Origin: the human T2T-CHM13v2.0 reference genome, Homo sapiens
Reading direction: 5' to 3' (one strand)
DNA length: 64,000 bases
NCBI RefSeq assembly: GCF_009914755.1
Contig: NC_060933.1
Every line of letters begins with the position of its first letter. Positions within the stretch are counted from its first letter, which is position 1. The position numbers and the translations under genes were made by a program. The notes under the pieces are model-generated. The model had not been told where the DNA came from. It worked only from the letters and a program-made list of their open reading frames with translations, and searched no databases. Below, in pieces: positions 26,528 to 41,067 of this stretch.

Positions 26528-26769
26528 ACTCAAGCCCACATGCAAAAGACACAAGTGAGCCGTTGTGAAGTGTTTTAGTCAGCAGGTGGGCCAGGAAGAG
26601 AACCCCACAAAGCATCTGAAAAAACAAGATTAAGGGCCCAGGCTCCTCACTAACAAGGGGGAACAGGAGCTGGGGAGTAGGGGGATCGTGGGTCTCCTCT
26701 GTTTCCTGGAATTTCTAGGGAAGGCCCTGGTCACAGTCTCCTCAGGGACAGCTCAGCTGCCTGGAATGA

Positions 26770-27160
26770 CCAAGCGCTGACCTCTGGCCACCCGGCACCC
26801 CTGGCAGTGCCGGGGAGAAGGGCGCGTCGTGGTGGGTGGCATTGGGTGGCTCCTTTCTGTTGGTGGCCCCTTCCCGGTTGGGACCAGGCTTGTGGGAGGG
26901 AGCGGAGCCTTCACAGCCAGCCGAGCCTCTGACCAGTTTATTTACTTAAACAACAAACATCCCTCTTGCCTGGGGCCGGCCCAGGGCAGTTCCTGAATGG
27001 GAAGAGACACTGTCTTCACAGAGGCCCACCCACGTCGCCGGGCGGGTTTCAGGGCTCGGCCTCCCTGCGAGGAAATCACAGGCTGTGTCGGGAGCCCAGG
27101 GCTGCCCAGGAATGCGTGTGGTGCCAGCAGCCGCCACCCAGGGCCGCTCAGCGGCCTCCT
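26770..27160. promoter_or_regulatory. GC/CpG-enriched candidate cis-regulatory element
   Basis: Locally retained CpGs outside any recognisable repeat, around an AT-rich forkhead-like core GTTTATTTACTTAAACAACAAACA (about 26936-26959). Function is inferred only. Confidence 0.35.
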
Positions 27161-27965
27161 CCCTCCTCTCCTTTCTCTCCCAGCTTTAAGTCTCCCTTTA
27201 TTTTGCCTTCTGAGATTTTATTCTTCTCATCTGCAATGGCAATAAAGAAAAGCAGATAATGAAAAAAAGAAAGAAAGAAAAAAAATTAAGCTTTCTCCCT
27301 CAAAAGGGAAAAAAAGGTTTGAATAAACAGTGTCACTGAAAAGGCAAACAAACAAGGCTGTTTCTGAAAGAACCAGATGGACTTCCAAATGGCCCTTCCG
27401 ATCCAGCCCACAGGGCTGCACCAGGGTTGGGCCTGAGGGCGTGGGGGGTGTCCAGGCGGTAATTTAGGGCCGGATTCTAAACGCTGTAGGTCACCCTGTG
27501 AACACGTAGGCCATTCTGAAAACCTCAAGCCCCACTGAAATGCAGTAAAATTAAACAAGCCCCTTATTACCTTCAATTTTTGTCAACATGTCCTACATCA
27601 TTACTTTTTTCCGACAGTTGACCAATGTGTTGAATAAAGAATTGCTGACCATATTTGTTTTATTATTGTGAAGTTGGGTGTTTGTTTTTGTTTTTCATTT
27701 TTCTACAGTTCTCCCTGACTTAGCTAAATGGCCACATGCAGTTAGATGGGTCAGTTTGACTAGCCTTTCTCCTTGCCTAGTTAATGTGTGCTTTGTCCAC
27801 TAAATCAATGATGTTTTTAAAAATGATATCTGACTGACATCCAAATTCCTCTAATAATTTCCAAACAGCAGGATGATATGTGCTATACACAGATGAAAGA
27901 GGAAAACGTTTGTCTTAAAAACCACTTTTTCTGTTCTCTAAGGATAAATCCTATTTTTAAAAACA

Positions 27966-28255
27966 GACTTTATTTTTAGTGCGGTTTTAGGCTCACAGCA
28001 AAATTGAGCAGAAGCAAAGAGATTCCACATAGCCCCCCTGCCCACATGCAAGCACAGTTCCCACATTATCTACAGCCCCCAGAGGGGTGCACTTGTCACA
28101 ACTGATGAACCTGCCCAGGCACCTCGTTACCACCCAGAGTCCAGAGCTGATGCTAGGGCTCACTCTGGGTGGTGTACATTCTATGGATTTGGACAAATGT
28201 ACAATGACACTATCCACCATGACAGTATCATACAGCGTATGATGGCAGACACTTG
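27966..28255 (-). mobile_element. L1MC/L1MD-type 3' end
   Basis: GACTTTATTTTTAG..GTTTTAGG.TCACAGCAAAATTGAGCAGAAG...GGTGTACATTCTATGGATTTGGACAAATGTA. Confidence 0.8.
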
Positions 28256-29315
28256 AAATGCCTTCCATGCCATGGTCGTCTTGTGGTTCACCCCAGAGTC
28301 CCCTCTGGCCGCATATTTTGACCAGTGACCCCAGATAGATGGAGCGGGAGGCAGCACCCAGGAGGGAAAGGGGATGGAGGCCAGAGGTAACCCCAGCCTA
28401 CCTTGGAGAAGCCTCCAGACCCCATTCTCCTTGCACAAAGGTGAAATAGCCCATGCAAAAAATATGCCCTTGGCCAATCACAACATGTTACCTAAAGGGC
28501 ACTCATGGAGCTGGAAGACAGGACTTCTGGGTTCACATATTGGCTCCATCTCTACTACCATTTACCAGAACGTCACTTTACCTCTCCAAGCCTTGGAGTC
28601 TTGGAACGAAGGGAAATAATCATAAGACATAGCTTGTGGAGATTAAGGAAGTCAGTATCTAGAAAGTGTCCCCACACAATGTCATTTTATTTTAATGAAT
28701 GTTTATAAAGCAAAGCTATTCCTTTATTATTTCTTTTCCAGAAAAGAAACCAGGTGTATGAAATAAATTTGGAGGAATGCCTAAGGATAGAGACAGCTCA
28801 TCAGATTTTAAGTTTTTTAGGTAAAGTAAGATGGAATGAAGGAGGGAAGGGAGAGAGGGAGTAAAACCCAACCCACAACTGGTCACGATTTCTTGATGGC
28901 ACTGATAGAAGAATTGTTCAGCTACACCCCTTGTTTTCAGGTGGAAGCAAGACCATGGAGCATTATTTTCTAATATCAAAACTCCAATGTGGATTGTAGT
29001 TATGAACCAGGGGAAAAAGGAAATATTTTCATCAGGGATTTTAAACTCGTTCACAGCAAAATTATAATACTACATCATGGCTAAACAATTCCAGAATTTC
29101 TAATAGATGGCCTAGTTTTGGAGGACATGGTGACATTTCATCAAAACATAAGTTCATCATTTCCTAAATGTGGCCTCCTTTTCATTGGTTGGCAAAGTTA
29201 AAGTTTTTTCTTTTTTTAAGCAACAGTGTGTCAGGCACATTTTATGATCCTTACCGCATAGGAACAGGGCCACAGAAGCCACGCCCGTTCATTTGTTTGT
29301 ATTCCATGCCTACAA

Positions 29316-29497
29316 CAGTCATTCTCAGTCTTTAGGGTTGCGTCAGAGTCGCCTGGTGGGCTTGTTAGACACAGATGCAGGGCTGACCCCCAGAGCTTCT
29401 GGCTCAGCAAGGCTGGGGGCCTGAGAGTTTGCATTGCTCACAGGTTTCTGGGTGATGCCGAAGCTGCTGGTCTGGAGACCACATTTGAAATCCACTG
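29316..29497. mobile_element. MER5A
   Basis: GCGTCAGA.TCGCCTGG.GGGCTTGTTA.ACACAGAT...GGTGATGCCGA.GCTGCTGGTCTGG.GACCACA.TTGA. Confidence 0.82.
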
Positions 29498-30603
29498 GCC
29501 TAGAATAAGACTTGGAGTATTCCAGGTCCTCAATAAATACGTTGGTTAAATGAAAAGGCAGTGTCTTGGGTTCTGGTTCTACTGGTAAAGGATAGAGAGG
29601 GCCGTGAGCTTTGGACGGCATTGCAGCATTTCTGGAACTCAGGAAGAAACTTCAGGGCCACTGGTCCAGCCACAGTCAAAGGTAGAGCTTTCCTTAAGGC
29701 CAGGTTTTATTAATTGTATCTGCTTAATGGCTACAAGAAGAGCAGTGGCATCCAGTAACTGTCACTTCACTCTGCCTTCCCCTGTCCCCATGCTAGTTGA
29801 CCCTAAGTACTTACCCAGAATCGTCCTTCCTACTCTTCCATTTCTACAACCAAGAACTACTTACATAACAAGGCCTTGTGGGTCTTTATGGCCCACCTTG
29901 CATTGATTTCTGCTGTCAGGAAAGTTTGCTTGGCCGCTGTATTCTAAGGATGAAGGGACTGAGGCAATCAGTGGAGATTTTGAGACTTATCCAAAGCTAT
30001 CCTAAGAACTGGTAGCCCAAAAGCGTGCAGTGGGGTTGTCCCCCTCTCCATGGCCCATAGCCCTCCTCTCAGCTGGCCTGCTGCCCACCAATGACACACA
30101 GGCTTGGGTACCCGGTGAGTACAGCTCGGCAGCCTGCTTTTCTGATGGTGCACAGGGTTCCTCATTCAGGTCTAGGGGTAGTAGAGACCCAACCATAAGA
30201 CTCCCCTGGGCATCAAGATAGAGGCACCACATCTCAGCATGCTCAGGCAAGAATAGAGCTGAATAATTTCTCAAGACATGTTTATATTAAGCATATTCAC
30301 CTGAATCATTGGGCCAGAGCAATGAGGAAATAACAGCACTGAACTATTGATTTTCCAAGCCTTCCCACAAAGCAAAGGGCCCCAGGCAGAGGCTGAATAA
30401 AGGAGTATTTTCCTGGCTGATGGCTATGTTTGAGTGTCCGCTTTAAACCCACGTCGAATCAGGTTGTGCCTTTCAAGGAGCAAATGTGTGAAATTCTAAA
30501 AAGAGCCCGAAAGCTTTAATGATAAGGAAAGACAAGTGCGTGCAGGTTTGGTAGGAGAAGGAGGAAAAGGAAAATGATATTAGATTAAGCCATTTAAAAT
30601 GAC

Positions 30604-30900
30604 GTGATGGCTCACACCTGTAATCCCAGTACTTTGAGAGGCCGAGGTGGGCAGATCTTGAGGTAGGGAGTTCAAGACCAGCCTGGCTAACATAGTGAAA
30701 TCCTGTCTCTACTAAAAATACAAAAAAATAGCCGGGCGTGGTGGCGGGTGCCTATAATCCTAGCTACTCTGGAGGCTGAGGCAGGAGAATCGCTTGGTGG
30801 AGGTTGCAGCGAGCCAAGATCACGCCATTGCACTCCAGCCTGGGTGACAGTGGGAGACTCCATCTCAATAAATAAATAAATAAATACATACATAAATAAA
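30604..30900 (+). mobile_element. AluS, slightly 5'-truncated, (TAAA)n tail
   Basis: Dimer with a small right-arm deletion; TSD TAAAATGAC. Confidence 0.95.
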
Positions 30901-31497
30901 ATGACCATTTTTGTAGGTCAAAAGTGGTTCACGACTGACAATTTCATAAGGGAAACATTCACTTCTTACTCATCGGCACATACAACCTCCCTTTCCCCCA
31001 GAGTCTGGGTGGTGTTACTTCTAACTTTCCTTCTAACTTTCCTTTCTGCCCTGGGACCATTCATTCCTCTGTGGAATAAAAACAGGAGGCGCAAAGATCC
31101 TGCATCAACCAATCGCTTCGAGCGTGTAGGAAACAACATGTGCTAATTCCTGGCACCTTTCGGTTTCCCTTTTCCTTTGGCCTCTGAAACAGCCATGGCT
31201 GCAGGCAAGTCCCTCTTTGAGGAGCAGACTGTCCGCATGCTCTGTGAAGATAAGGCATGCAAAACCAGGCATGGGCTGAGGCAGGAAAAGCATCCTGCAC
31301 GGAAGAAAACCTAACACTTCCATATTTGGTGAATAAACACACAGCATCAGAGAATTTGAAATTCTACAACTAAGACTGTAACAGAGTCACAAGATTGGAA
31401 TATTTAAGGCATTGCTCTTAAATATTCTTGGTCTACCTCTTGGTAAACCAAGAGGTCAGAGATTATCCCATGACCAGTTGGAGCTTTGGGAATTCAT

Positions 31498-32653
31498 TTC
31501 ACCTCTCTGAGCCTCAGATCTCCCATCGGTCAAAAGGAAGGGATTGGACTCAAGTTATCTAGGGCTGACACTGCCCACCATTCATGTGTACTGTGTACGA
31601 TCTTATCAAATAAGTAACTTATTAATTTTCTAGAGCTATACCATGACTGTCCCATAGGACCATATTAAATAAAGAGAAGATGGATGAGCAGTGGACAATC
31701 ATGTCATCAATGACCAACACTTTCAACATTTAACTTCTATTGTTTTAAAATAATCAATTCCAGCTGCGATGAAGGAGTCCTCCTACACTTCCAGTTTAAA
31801 ATGCAGGGCTTATCCCAGAGGAGCAGAGGCAAAAGTCCCAGTTATGGTGACAAGTTTGCCTCCACCACACATTTCCAGCGTTTGTCTGTTTTAAGGATGA
31901 TCTGTTCAGCTCCGTGAAGCAGAAGACATTGGGTAACAGAGCAGAAATAGCTGCCTTCAGCTGATTGAGTGAACTGACACTAATGATTAATGTATACATT
32001 ATGGGGCTGGGGTGGTGGTTCATGCCTGTAATGCCAACACTTTGGGAAGCTGAGGCAGGAGGATTGCTTGAGCCCAGGAGTTCAAGACCAGCCTAAGCAA
32101 CATAGTGAGACCCTGTCTCTACAAAAAATATTTTAAAATCAGCTGGGCATGCTGCTATGTGCCTATGATCCAGGCTACTCAGGAGGCTGAGGTGGGAGAA
32201 TGGCTTGAGCACAGGAGTTCAAGGCTGTGGTGAGCTATGATCGTGCCACTGCACCCCAGCTTGGGAGATAGGCTGAGACCCCATCTTAAAAAGCAAACAA
32301 ACAAAAAAGTATACAGTATGAAAAAGTTTTCTTTCAAACTTTAATAACATCAGCCTTAGATACAAAGGGAATCACTTATTCCTGGCAATGGAAAGCAAAT
32401 GCATCACACCTCAAAGCTGCTCAGCTGTTGAGATTAGGGTATGATCAAAGCAATGTCCAAGCTGCAGCTTCACCTCTCTGAGCCTCAGATCTCCCATCAG
32501 TCAAAAGGAAGGGATTGGACTCAGGTTATCTAGGGCTGAACCTGCCCACCATTCATGTGCACTGTGTACAATCTTATCAAATAAGTAACTTATTAATTTT
32601 CTAGAGCTATACCATGACTGTCCCATAGGACAATATTAAATAAAGAGAGGATG
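31498..32653. repeat. 185-bp direct duplication (31498-31682 and 32469-32653)
   Basis: Ungapped match, 8 mismatches counted by eye (about 96%). Confidence 0.95.
32005..32308 (+). mobile_element. AluJ
   Basis: J diagnostics; TSD GTATACA(T/G)TATG. Confidence 0.95.
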
Positions 32654-34424
32654 TCCCTACACACTGCACAAGCTAAATCCATGTCTGCCCTCTTCACCAC
32701 TGCCGAACTAGTGCCTGCACAGAATGGGCCCTCAATGTTGATTTATTGAATGAACACATGAATTACCTACTTTACAAGGTTGTGCACATGAATCTCCAAT
32801 GCTTTAGAAACAAGATAACTTGGGTGGTTAGTAGAATTGAAATATTTCTTAACTATGGGAAGAAAATTCAATTTACAGTTAAATGACACATAGATCGTTT
32901 CTATCCCATCTTCAGACTAAACTGAAATTTATCAAATGGCTCAAAGTAGACCCTATATTTGAAATACAATTACAAGTAATTTTGAAAAAAAAATCTACAC
33001 TTTTATTTTTCACCACTTTGACCACCACTTCAATAGGCAAATAATGAAGTCAGTGATTAATGTGAGAAGGAAACCTTTTGTACAGGTATTTAACATCCTT
33101 TTACTACTCGTTTTAAGTCTGTTTTTAACATAGGGTACTGATAAGTTTGGGATTTTTCTAATTCTAAGCTCTTTAGCAGAAAACAGAAAACAGCTGAGAG
33201 CAGAAGACTTTAATCTTGTCCTACTGAAGACTGGGAGGGAAAATAGAAACACTCTCATCTCTAGATGTCAAAAGGGAAGGCTAAAGACAAGAGAAGTTGT
33301 TGATTGGAAGCACAATTTCTCCTGCTCAGAAAACAATACTATCTAAGGAAACAGAAGATATGTAGCTAATTCTGTCCATGAAAGAAAAGGAACCCTTGGA
33401 ATTTAGAGATAACTAATCAATTCTTTTCTGGAGTTAGCAGAAAGTCAGAGAGAGATTATCCAAAGACATTTGAAGATCACAGGGAACTTTAAAGGCTAAA
33501 GAGCTGCAGCTTTACAGAGCTGTAGTACTACATGTGAAAGAACCAAATATTCCTTATTTAAAACAACATAGGAAAATGTGGGGGGAAGGTAATAACTGTC
33601 AAATTTAATCTGAGATTTGCATGAAAGTGCTTATATTCCTTTAAATCTTGCTCTGAAATTCATTATGCTTTAAAATTAAAGGGCATTTAAACATTCTTTT
33701 AAATACCAATATTAGAAGGTATTATGTTTTTGGTTTTAATAAGTTATATTTTAAGAAAAAAAACAGCTTAACTACATAGGAAAATGGTCCATATTCTTTT
33801 TACCTCAGTCAACCGCAGCTATAGGAAGCCCACTCTTTGGTCCACAGAGCTCGACTCAGGAATCCCCATTCCTGAGTAACACATGCATCAATACACCCAG
33901 GAAATAAAGGTTTCCCATGAGCATCTCAGAAACCTGGGAATGATGAGAAGTGTCTCTAGCATTGCGAACATGCCTTTGACATTTCCTATCTAAACTCTTA
34001 GTCTTCCTGGCTGAGTAGATGAGTCGCCATTCTCAAGACAAGTATAAAATGCAATTCAAATTCACATCTACTGAGTTTCCATAATTATAAGATTTAAGTT
34101 ATAAGATTTGCATAATATTTATCGAATGTCTGCTATACACAGAGGACTGTGCAAAACATCTCTAAGGAAAGGAAGATGATCAAGACATAGGTCTTGATCT
34201 TCAGGGAACTTATCGGCTACCAGAGAAGAAAAAATGTATGCACAAATAATATCAAACTATGTCAGTATGTTCCTTAAGGGAGGTGCAGAGTTCAGAAGGT
34301 AGCATATAGAGGGAGGTTTAGGGGTGATACGTGGAGCCACTCTCATTTGTGCCAGATCTTGACAAGTAGGAGGGAATTTAGGGGAAGGAGCGATGACACA
34401 AAGCCATGGAGTTTATTGGTTAAA

Positions 34425-34753
34425 GCTGGAAATCACAGCCCACGGCCAAATCCAGCCAACAGATGTGTTGTGTTTGGCCACAGCAAAGTTTTTAAAAAAT
34501 TTGAATCGGTCACCAGCATCTTAAAATTGAGATTTCACATACAATTCTGGACCTTGCAGCTTCTCTTTAAAAACTCAGCTGTTGACACTGGGTGCACATC
34601 CCCACATAATCCTAAGAGCCAGCTGGAGCTCCACAGCAGCTGCTCGCCTAAGACAGGGCACACAGCTCACCAGGGCACTGTGATCCCCACGCTGCCCGCC
34701 TCAGCCTTGTGAGTGTCCTGAGTCTCCTGCGGGAGGCAGCCTTGTGACTCCTG
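34425..34753. mobile_element. hAT-Charlie MITE (MER102-like)
   Basis: GGCCAAATCCAGCC.ACAGATGTGTT.TGTTTGGCC...GAGATTTCACAT...TTGTGACTCCTG; family assignment tentative. Confidence 0.5.
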
Positions 34754-34779
34754 ATTTAAAGTCTGAGGGTGGGTCAGAC

Positions 34780-34992
34780 CAATGCTGGTAAAAGTTTAAC
34801 AACAGACACTCTCTTGAAAAAAAAAAAAAAAAAGTAAAGATCTGATTGTAGCATTTGCCAATTTCTATTGTATAAATACTGCCACCGTAGCCTATTTCAA
34901 GCTCCCAACATTAGGTCACTGAAACTGGAGCTAGGGAAGAGATGCACGCAATTGGCTCTCACAGGCTGGTGAGAGCCAGCCTCAGCACACTG
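34780..34992. mobile_element. MER63A-like (hAT-Blackjack MITE)
   Basis: TGCTGGTAAA.GTTTAACAAC...TGTAGC.TTTGCCAATTTC..TAAATACT.CCACC..ATTTCAAGCT.CCAAC...GGGAAGAGATGC...CAGCACAC. Confidence 0.8.
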
Positions 34993-36449
34993 CTCGGTCA
35001 CATAGACCTGAGGGCAAATGCAGACCCCCTAAGGAAGTTTCTTACCTCCACATGCCAATGTCCTCCTGTATTAACAAGGAGAAATCGTTGCCTGCCTGCT
35101 AGTACTATTGTGGGGTTTAAATAATTTCCAGTTCATCAGCTCACCATTCAAATAGCCTCCTGTTTAATCCTTGCCCTGAGGTTTTTGTCAATGCTGCATT
35201 TTTTATTTTTAAAGTTTAGATTTTTTTTTCCGCATGTTTCTGTTATTTCTAAATAACATTTTGTTTTTGCCTTCTACAGGGCCGTGATGTAGGTATTCCA
35301 GGCATCCTGTTGCCTGTGTTCCTCCAGTGTGAGATCTCTGGGCATTGCCTCTGCACACTATTTCAGACTGCTTGATTTCCACGGCAATTAGAAGTTTTTC
35401 ATGAGAAATTATCTTGGGAAAGAGGTTTTCAGCAGCAGCATTGTTGCCTCTGCTACGACACATTGTAGGCACGCAGGTCTAACCCAAGTTTTTTATTAAT
35501 TTATCAGCTCGGGCTTCCCACAGTGCCTGAGTAGTGTGGGCCCCCAACTGCAGGAGGGCAGCCTCTGCTTTACATTTTCAGGAGGCTCTTCTTCTTCCCC
35601 AGCCCTGAATGGGCAACGCTTCTTTGTCTGAGCCAGGGAGTGGACAGTTCTTACAGACCCCGCCTCTTTGCAGGACCCCCTTCCAGCTCCCCACCGGCCT
35701 GGCGCCAAGGCCCTCGCCCCACGGTGCGCCCCTGGCTCCAGCCCTCTCCCTGACTCTCAGTCCAGTCCTGCTCACCATGCTGACTTTGCTTCAGGGACCT
35801 GGGGATTCCCTCTCTGACTTTTGAGTGCACTATGAATTTTGGGGTTAAAATTGTTACATTTGGGCAGCAGGAGGGGACTGGATGTCTGTATGGAATGAAG
35901 AACACAGCTCCTGGCACACAGGGGGACTCCACAAACAGGGGACTGTCCTCTGGGAGCAGGAAGAGGCACAGCACAGTCCGTTTACAGGGATGTGGGGCCA
36001 TGCCGGGCCACAGAAAAGGTGGGCGCCATCCAGGGCATGGGATGGGAAGGAGGCCGTGCTTGGGAGTTTAGAAGATGGCCTCAGACCAGGGACATTGAGG
36101 AGTTCTGAGCAGAAGACTCCATGCAGAAGTTCTGCCTTTACAATTTGATTCTGGAAGCAAAAGCAGGAAGGTTAATTAGGAGCCTCTTGCCACAGTAAAA
36201 GGAAGGGGCCACGGGAGTCCGGGTTAAGGGACTTGGTGTGGGGCGAAAACAAGAGATGAGATGCAAGAAACACTGCTGGGTGAAATCCGCTGCTCATAGG
36301 CCCCATTGGCTGTGAGTGAGAGGCAGGACATCAAAAGCACCTACTACTGGACTGTTAACAGGAGAACCGAGACAGAACATCAAGAACACAGGAAGCTGAG
36401 GATGTATTTAATCATATTTTGGCTGAAGTCAGATCAACAGAAGCAAATA

Positions 36450-37295
<846 letters not shown>

Positions 37296-39255
37296 CTACC
37301 CTCAACTGCAGCTTCCCGTCAAGAAGTCTCTGTCCTGAGCACTCTCTAGTTTCCAGTAACTGAGTCCTCCCCTCATCCATTCGGGTCTCTGTGACTAGGC
37401 TCAGGGACTGCGATATTCCCTGTGGTTTCCCTACCACGAGCCCGTTGCAAGCATTTCAAGCTGGAAACAGCCACAGAAATCCTTCTGGCCAGCTTCTGAA
37501 TTTTGTTGAAGAGGGAACTGGAGCCAGCACAGTGATTTGCACGAAGTGGCTGGTGGCAACGGAGAAACTAGATCGGACACAGGTGACCTGCATCTCATCT
37601 CTGTCCAGAGCTCTCCATCCTGACCATGAGCACTGGCCTCCATGATGACGGCTTCACCCTTACAAAGCCGTGAATGAGCCTATTGTGTGGGCACACATAC
37701 ACACACACAAGAGTGCACACACATATAGACACAAGTGCACAAAAATGTATACACACAGATACATACACACTCACACCATTGGATGCAGGCATAATCGGGT
37801 TAAAGGGTTATAAAAAGGCTTCCCGGGAGGAGCATCCTGAGGGTCTGTAGGAAAGGGGAGGGCACCCACACCACTCGCCACCCTGGCATTGGAGAGGCTT
37901 CTGGAGCATGGCGGCCCAGCTGCAGGTCTTCCCCTGTACCAGCGGGTTGGGTCACCTCCCTCACTGCTTCCTGAAGACATTGCCTGGCAAGTGCAGGCCC
38001 AGCAGGTATGATAACCACGCTTTCCAATCCAAGTCAGGAACATGTGCTCCAACAAAGACCTCTGCGGGTGCTTCCAGGTACAAGAGGCAGTCCAGGAGAT
38101 GTGGTTTGAGCACTAATGTTTTGAGATTTCTGGGCATCTCCACAGTTTATGGGGGAAAGGGAATAAACCGTGGGATACTAGGATTGTACCTCAAAATTCA
38201 GGACCTGCGGTTGCTGGAGGCAGGGGAGTCAGGAGAAGGAAAGGAGGGCATTAAAACAAGGTGGGGTGAGCCCTAACTCTACAAATGTGGAAGCAAGTTC
38301 CATAGACAATTATGTCTTATTCAATACCCTTCTCAGGGCTGACGCTGTCCAGTAAGTTCCACCGCCAGAAATTCTGGCCCCCCACTTGCTGCCAGGCATC
38401 CTGAGAGTCTGTGATCTCCTGGCTGTACATCCCACAATCTAGTGGGATAAAGAGCAGCCCAAGAAGTTTTGGGGAAATTTATTTCCATAAGTTAAAACAC
38501 AAACAGCAAGATTCACATTCACTATACATTTTGACAACCCCATTCCTTGATACCAACTATCACTTTTGTCACCAACTATATCCAGGTAATTTCTTGGTTT
38601 GAGTGGATTGCAAATAACCTGTGCGGATCTTTTTCTGATGTAGATATCAGACAATGTTCCCAAGTAAAGTATCTAACTTTAGACAAAATTTAGACAAAAC
38701 TCGACAATCACAGCACCAACAAACAATTGGCACTAAAGAGATGTCTTAACTAAAAGTTTTACAAGTCACTTTTCCTATAGCCCTCCCAACAGACAGGGAA
38801 ATAGAAGTACCCAGGGGAGAAGACTGTTCAGAAGGAATGGAAGCCAAGCTGGTGAGGATGGTGAGGCCGAGGAGGCCACAGTAGAGCCCTGGGCTCCTGC
38901 CCTGCAGCCTCTGCAGGAGATGGAAGCCAAGGAGTTGCAGCAGGTTAGAGGGGACTGTTGGCTACACAGCCTTTGTGTGAAAAGCTATTGTTCAATAACA
39001 TTTTAGGACTGCACAGCTTTTTAACAAGAGCAATCTTAACAAGGAAAACGTCCTTCAGGGTTTCTTTCCGAGGCAGGCAAGCCAGGTTCACTGTTCCTCC
39101 CCCAGAGAGAGGTCTCTCCTGGGGTGCTTTCTTGTAGTGTTCATAAGCTTTTTAAAAAAAAGAAAAAGAAAAGAAAAGAAAAAAGAAAAATAGTTGGATT
39201 AGTTTATTTAAGGACAATTATATATACAGAACAACTTTTGTAAAAAGAGAGAGAG

Positions 39256-39553
39256 GGCTGGGTGTGGTGGCTCACGCCTATAATCCTTGCACTTTGGGAG
39301 GCTGAGGCAGGCGGATCACCTGAGGTCAGGAGTTCGAGACCAGCCTGGCCAAAATGGCGAAACCCCGTCTCTACTAAAAATACAAAATTAGCCGGGCGTA
39401 GTGGCACATTCCTGTAATCCCAGCTACTCAGGAGGCTGAGGCAGGAGAATCGCTTGAACCCTGGAGGCCAAGGTTTCAGTGAGCCGAGATCACGCCATTG
39501 CACTACAGCCTGGGAGACACAGCAAGACTCCATCTCAAAAAAAAAAAAAAAAA
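39256..39553 (+). mobile_element. AluS
   Basis: Full dimer, poly(A), TSD-like AAAAGA.AGAGAG. Confidence 0.97.
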
Positions 39554-40744
39554 AGACAGAGAGAGAGAACGAGATTGCATTTGAGGCTGTGAATCTTCTC
39601 TGAGGCTGGCTTTCTCAAAATTCAGACCCTGGAGGCACAGGCAGCCCCAGCATCTCAGGGCGTGTGGCAGAGCTCTCAGCTTTTCCATGGCTTTTATTGT
39701 GGGAACTAATGATTTTTCTTCATTTAGGTTCTTTTGGGAAATGATTTGGAAAACCAGTAATGTTGCCCTCAGAATCACAGGAACTCAATCTCATAAATCA
39801 GGAAATTGAAGTCCCTTCAACAGCACCAAACAAAAACCAGCCTCAATGAAACATCGCCCCTTGGGAGGCAGATATCTGGAAAACAACCCTTCCCTCCGAT
39901 GGGGTGCCTCCCTGAAGTTCGGAATCAGATGCTACTATTCGCACTCACCCGTCTTAAGGCTCTGTAAGGAATGAATGGCTGTCCATTGTGGAGTTCAGTG
40001 ATACAAGACAAATTTGAGCTGCGGGATCCACCGCTCCTGTGTGACCGAAAGCAGGCCACTCCCTCTGCTGAGCACCAGGCTCTTCACTTCTGCATGAAGT
40101 CCTGGCTCCAACCCCATCTCAACATGCCATGAAAATAGATAAGGAGGAAAAAAACACACAGGAAAACTCCTTGCCCAGTAAAGAAGTGATGGTTAGTCAC
40201 CCCGTGGATAGTCTGCAGGCTCCAGGCCAAATCATGCCAAGTGGGAAATTGTCTCATATAGCCAAATCCTTCTTTCAAATTTTATTTATGGCCATCAAGC
40301 TCTAACAGTTATTGTGTGCTCCCACAACATGCAGACCACCGTGACAGGACTGTGAGAAGGACAAAAGGAATCAAGACACAAAGCCGTGAAGGCATCATTT
40401 GTGGGTCAGTTTCACCATCTGCCCACTCAGTTCCTTTCACCCACGTGGGAGGGGCCCCTTTCCCCTCTCTTCCCTGCTCATTGCTGTCACGGTTCTTATT
40501 TCCTTCTGTCTTCCTCTGACCCCACTCCTCATATCAAAATCTGCTTTCCAAAAAAAAGACTCTGGTGCTTATTCATAGTACGGTGCAAATGACTGATAGC
40601 TCAAAATTCCCTAGAGAACCTTACAATTTCCTAAAGCTCAAGGTCTTTAAGCAATGAGGCTGCTCTAGTGGGATTTCTGCCATGATTGTCCAATGCAAGA
40701 GATATTGTATGGGCTGCAAGTTCTATTCAATATGCCCAAAGTCA

Positions 40745-41067
40745 CTTTCTGTAAGTCCCATTCAGATCAGCGAATGGGAGCCACAGATGTCATTTGAAAT
40801 TTTCTAGTGGAAACATCAAAAAACATTGTTATCAGAAACAGGTGAAATTAATTCTAATAATAGATTTTATTAAACCTAATATATCCAAAATATTAGTTCA
40901 ACATGTAATTCATATGAAAAAATATTAAGTATTGTACATTCCCTTCCTCATACTAAATCTTCCAAACCCAATGCCTTTTATGTTTGTGGCACATCTGTTT
41001 GCACTAGCCACATTTCAAGTGTTCACTTGCCACCTGTATCCAGTGACCACCACACTGGACAGCCAAG
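40745..41067. mobile_element. MER33-like (hAT-Charlie)
   Basis: AGAAACAGGTGAAATTAATT.TAATAAT..ATTTTATT.AACC.AATATATCCAAAATATT...CTAGCCACATTTCAAGTG.TCA. Confidence 0.78.

Noticed and set aside
31498-32653. LTR-retroelement interpretation of the 185-bp direct repeats
   Set aside because: No TG...CA termini, TSD, PBS or PPT; the spacer is ordinary DNA with an AluJ.
35255-35300. Good splice-acceptor-like site (TTTTGTTTTTGCCTTCTACAG)
   Set aside because: No supportable exon frame or partner exons; such sites are common by chance.
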